Of a DNA stretch of 64,000 bases, positions 63,690 to 64,000 are shown in pieces. The stretch is taken from contig NC_087437.1 in the NCBI RefSeq assembly GCF_036321535.1, positions 71,860,001 to 71,924,000 on the forward strand. The letters run 5' to 3'. Under the pieces are notes generated by a model. That model made no database searches and had not been told where the DNA came from. It worked only from the letters and a program-made list of their open reading frames with translations. This DNA comes from Camelus dromedarius. Taxonomy: Eukaryota. Each line of letters starts with the position of its first letter. The first letter of the stretch is position 1. A program made the translations under genes and the position numbers.

Positions 63690-64000
63690 GTAATAAAAAA
63701 CTCTTTTATCAGAAGGCCTTTCTAAGTATGAAACAAAACCTAAAAATTAGAAGAAATTAAAGGATTAATAAATTTGACTACATATAAACTAAATGTCTCT
63801 GCAAGGAAAAAATCCTTGATAAGCAGAATCAAAAGCCACATGACACTGGGGGAAAACATGCATCTGACATCTCAGACAAATGGTTAATTTTCCTCATAAA
63901 TAAACAACTTGGAAAATATCAATAAATAAATCTTCCCAATCCAGTAGAAGAAAAGGTAAAAGGATATTAATAGATATTTAACAGAAAAGAATATACAAAT
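63690..64000 (+). mobile_element. Old L1 ORF2 remnant, runs off the window end
   Basis: aaggcctttctaagtatga...ataaatttgactacat...cagacaaatggttaatttt...aacagaaaagaatatacaaat. Confidence 0.65.

Noticed and set aside
1..64000. Prokaryotic-type systems (CRISPR arrays, operons), rRNA, NUMT or intact viral ORFs
   Set aside because: None seen; composition and repeat content are those of mammalian intronic and intergenic DNA

Overview
Mammalian nuclear DNA, most likely camelid: it carries several Vic-1-type tRNA-derived SINEs and artiodactyl-type L1 3' ends, and I saw no Bov-A/BovB, PRE-1 or Alu. No protein-coding exon of a recognisable host gene is visible; the only ORF in the track I recognise is a LINE-1 ORF2 remnant. 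The window appears to be the 5' regulatory region of a minus-strand gene that I cannot name. It has a CpG-island promoter with a non-coding first exon (about 22426->21997, donor GAG|GTGAGT), a candidate downstream TATA/MEF2/FOX promoter near 1.2 kb, and a weaker candidate upstream promoter/exon near 59.6-59.8 kb. The rest is a typical mosaic of L1, L2, MIR, hAT DNA transposons, SINEs and ERV remnants; subfamily names are from memory of consensus sequences, not a search. The most notable structure is three MER41-like ERV1 solo LTRs within 4.1 kb, two of them 50 bp apart in one MIR. They carry GAS/STAT motif variants and lie just upstream of the alternative promoter. A mirrored pair of (CG)n(CA)n compound microsatellites also brackets the first 5' splice site. 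I found no convincing novel gene system; the findings are regulatory hypotheses.
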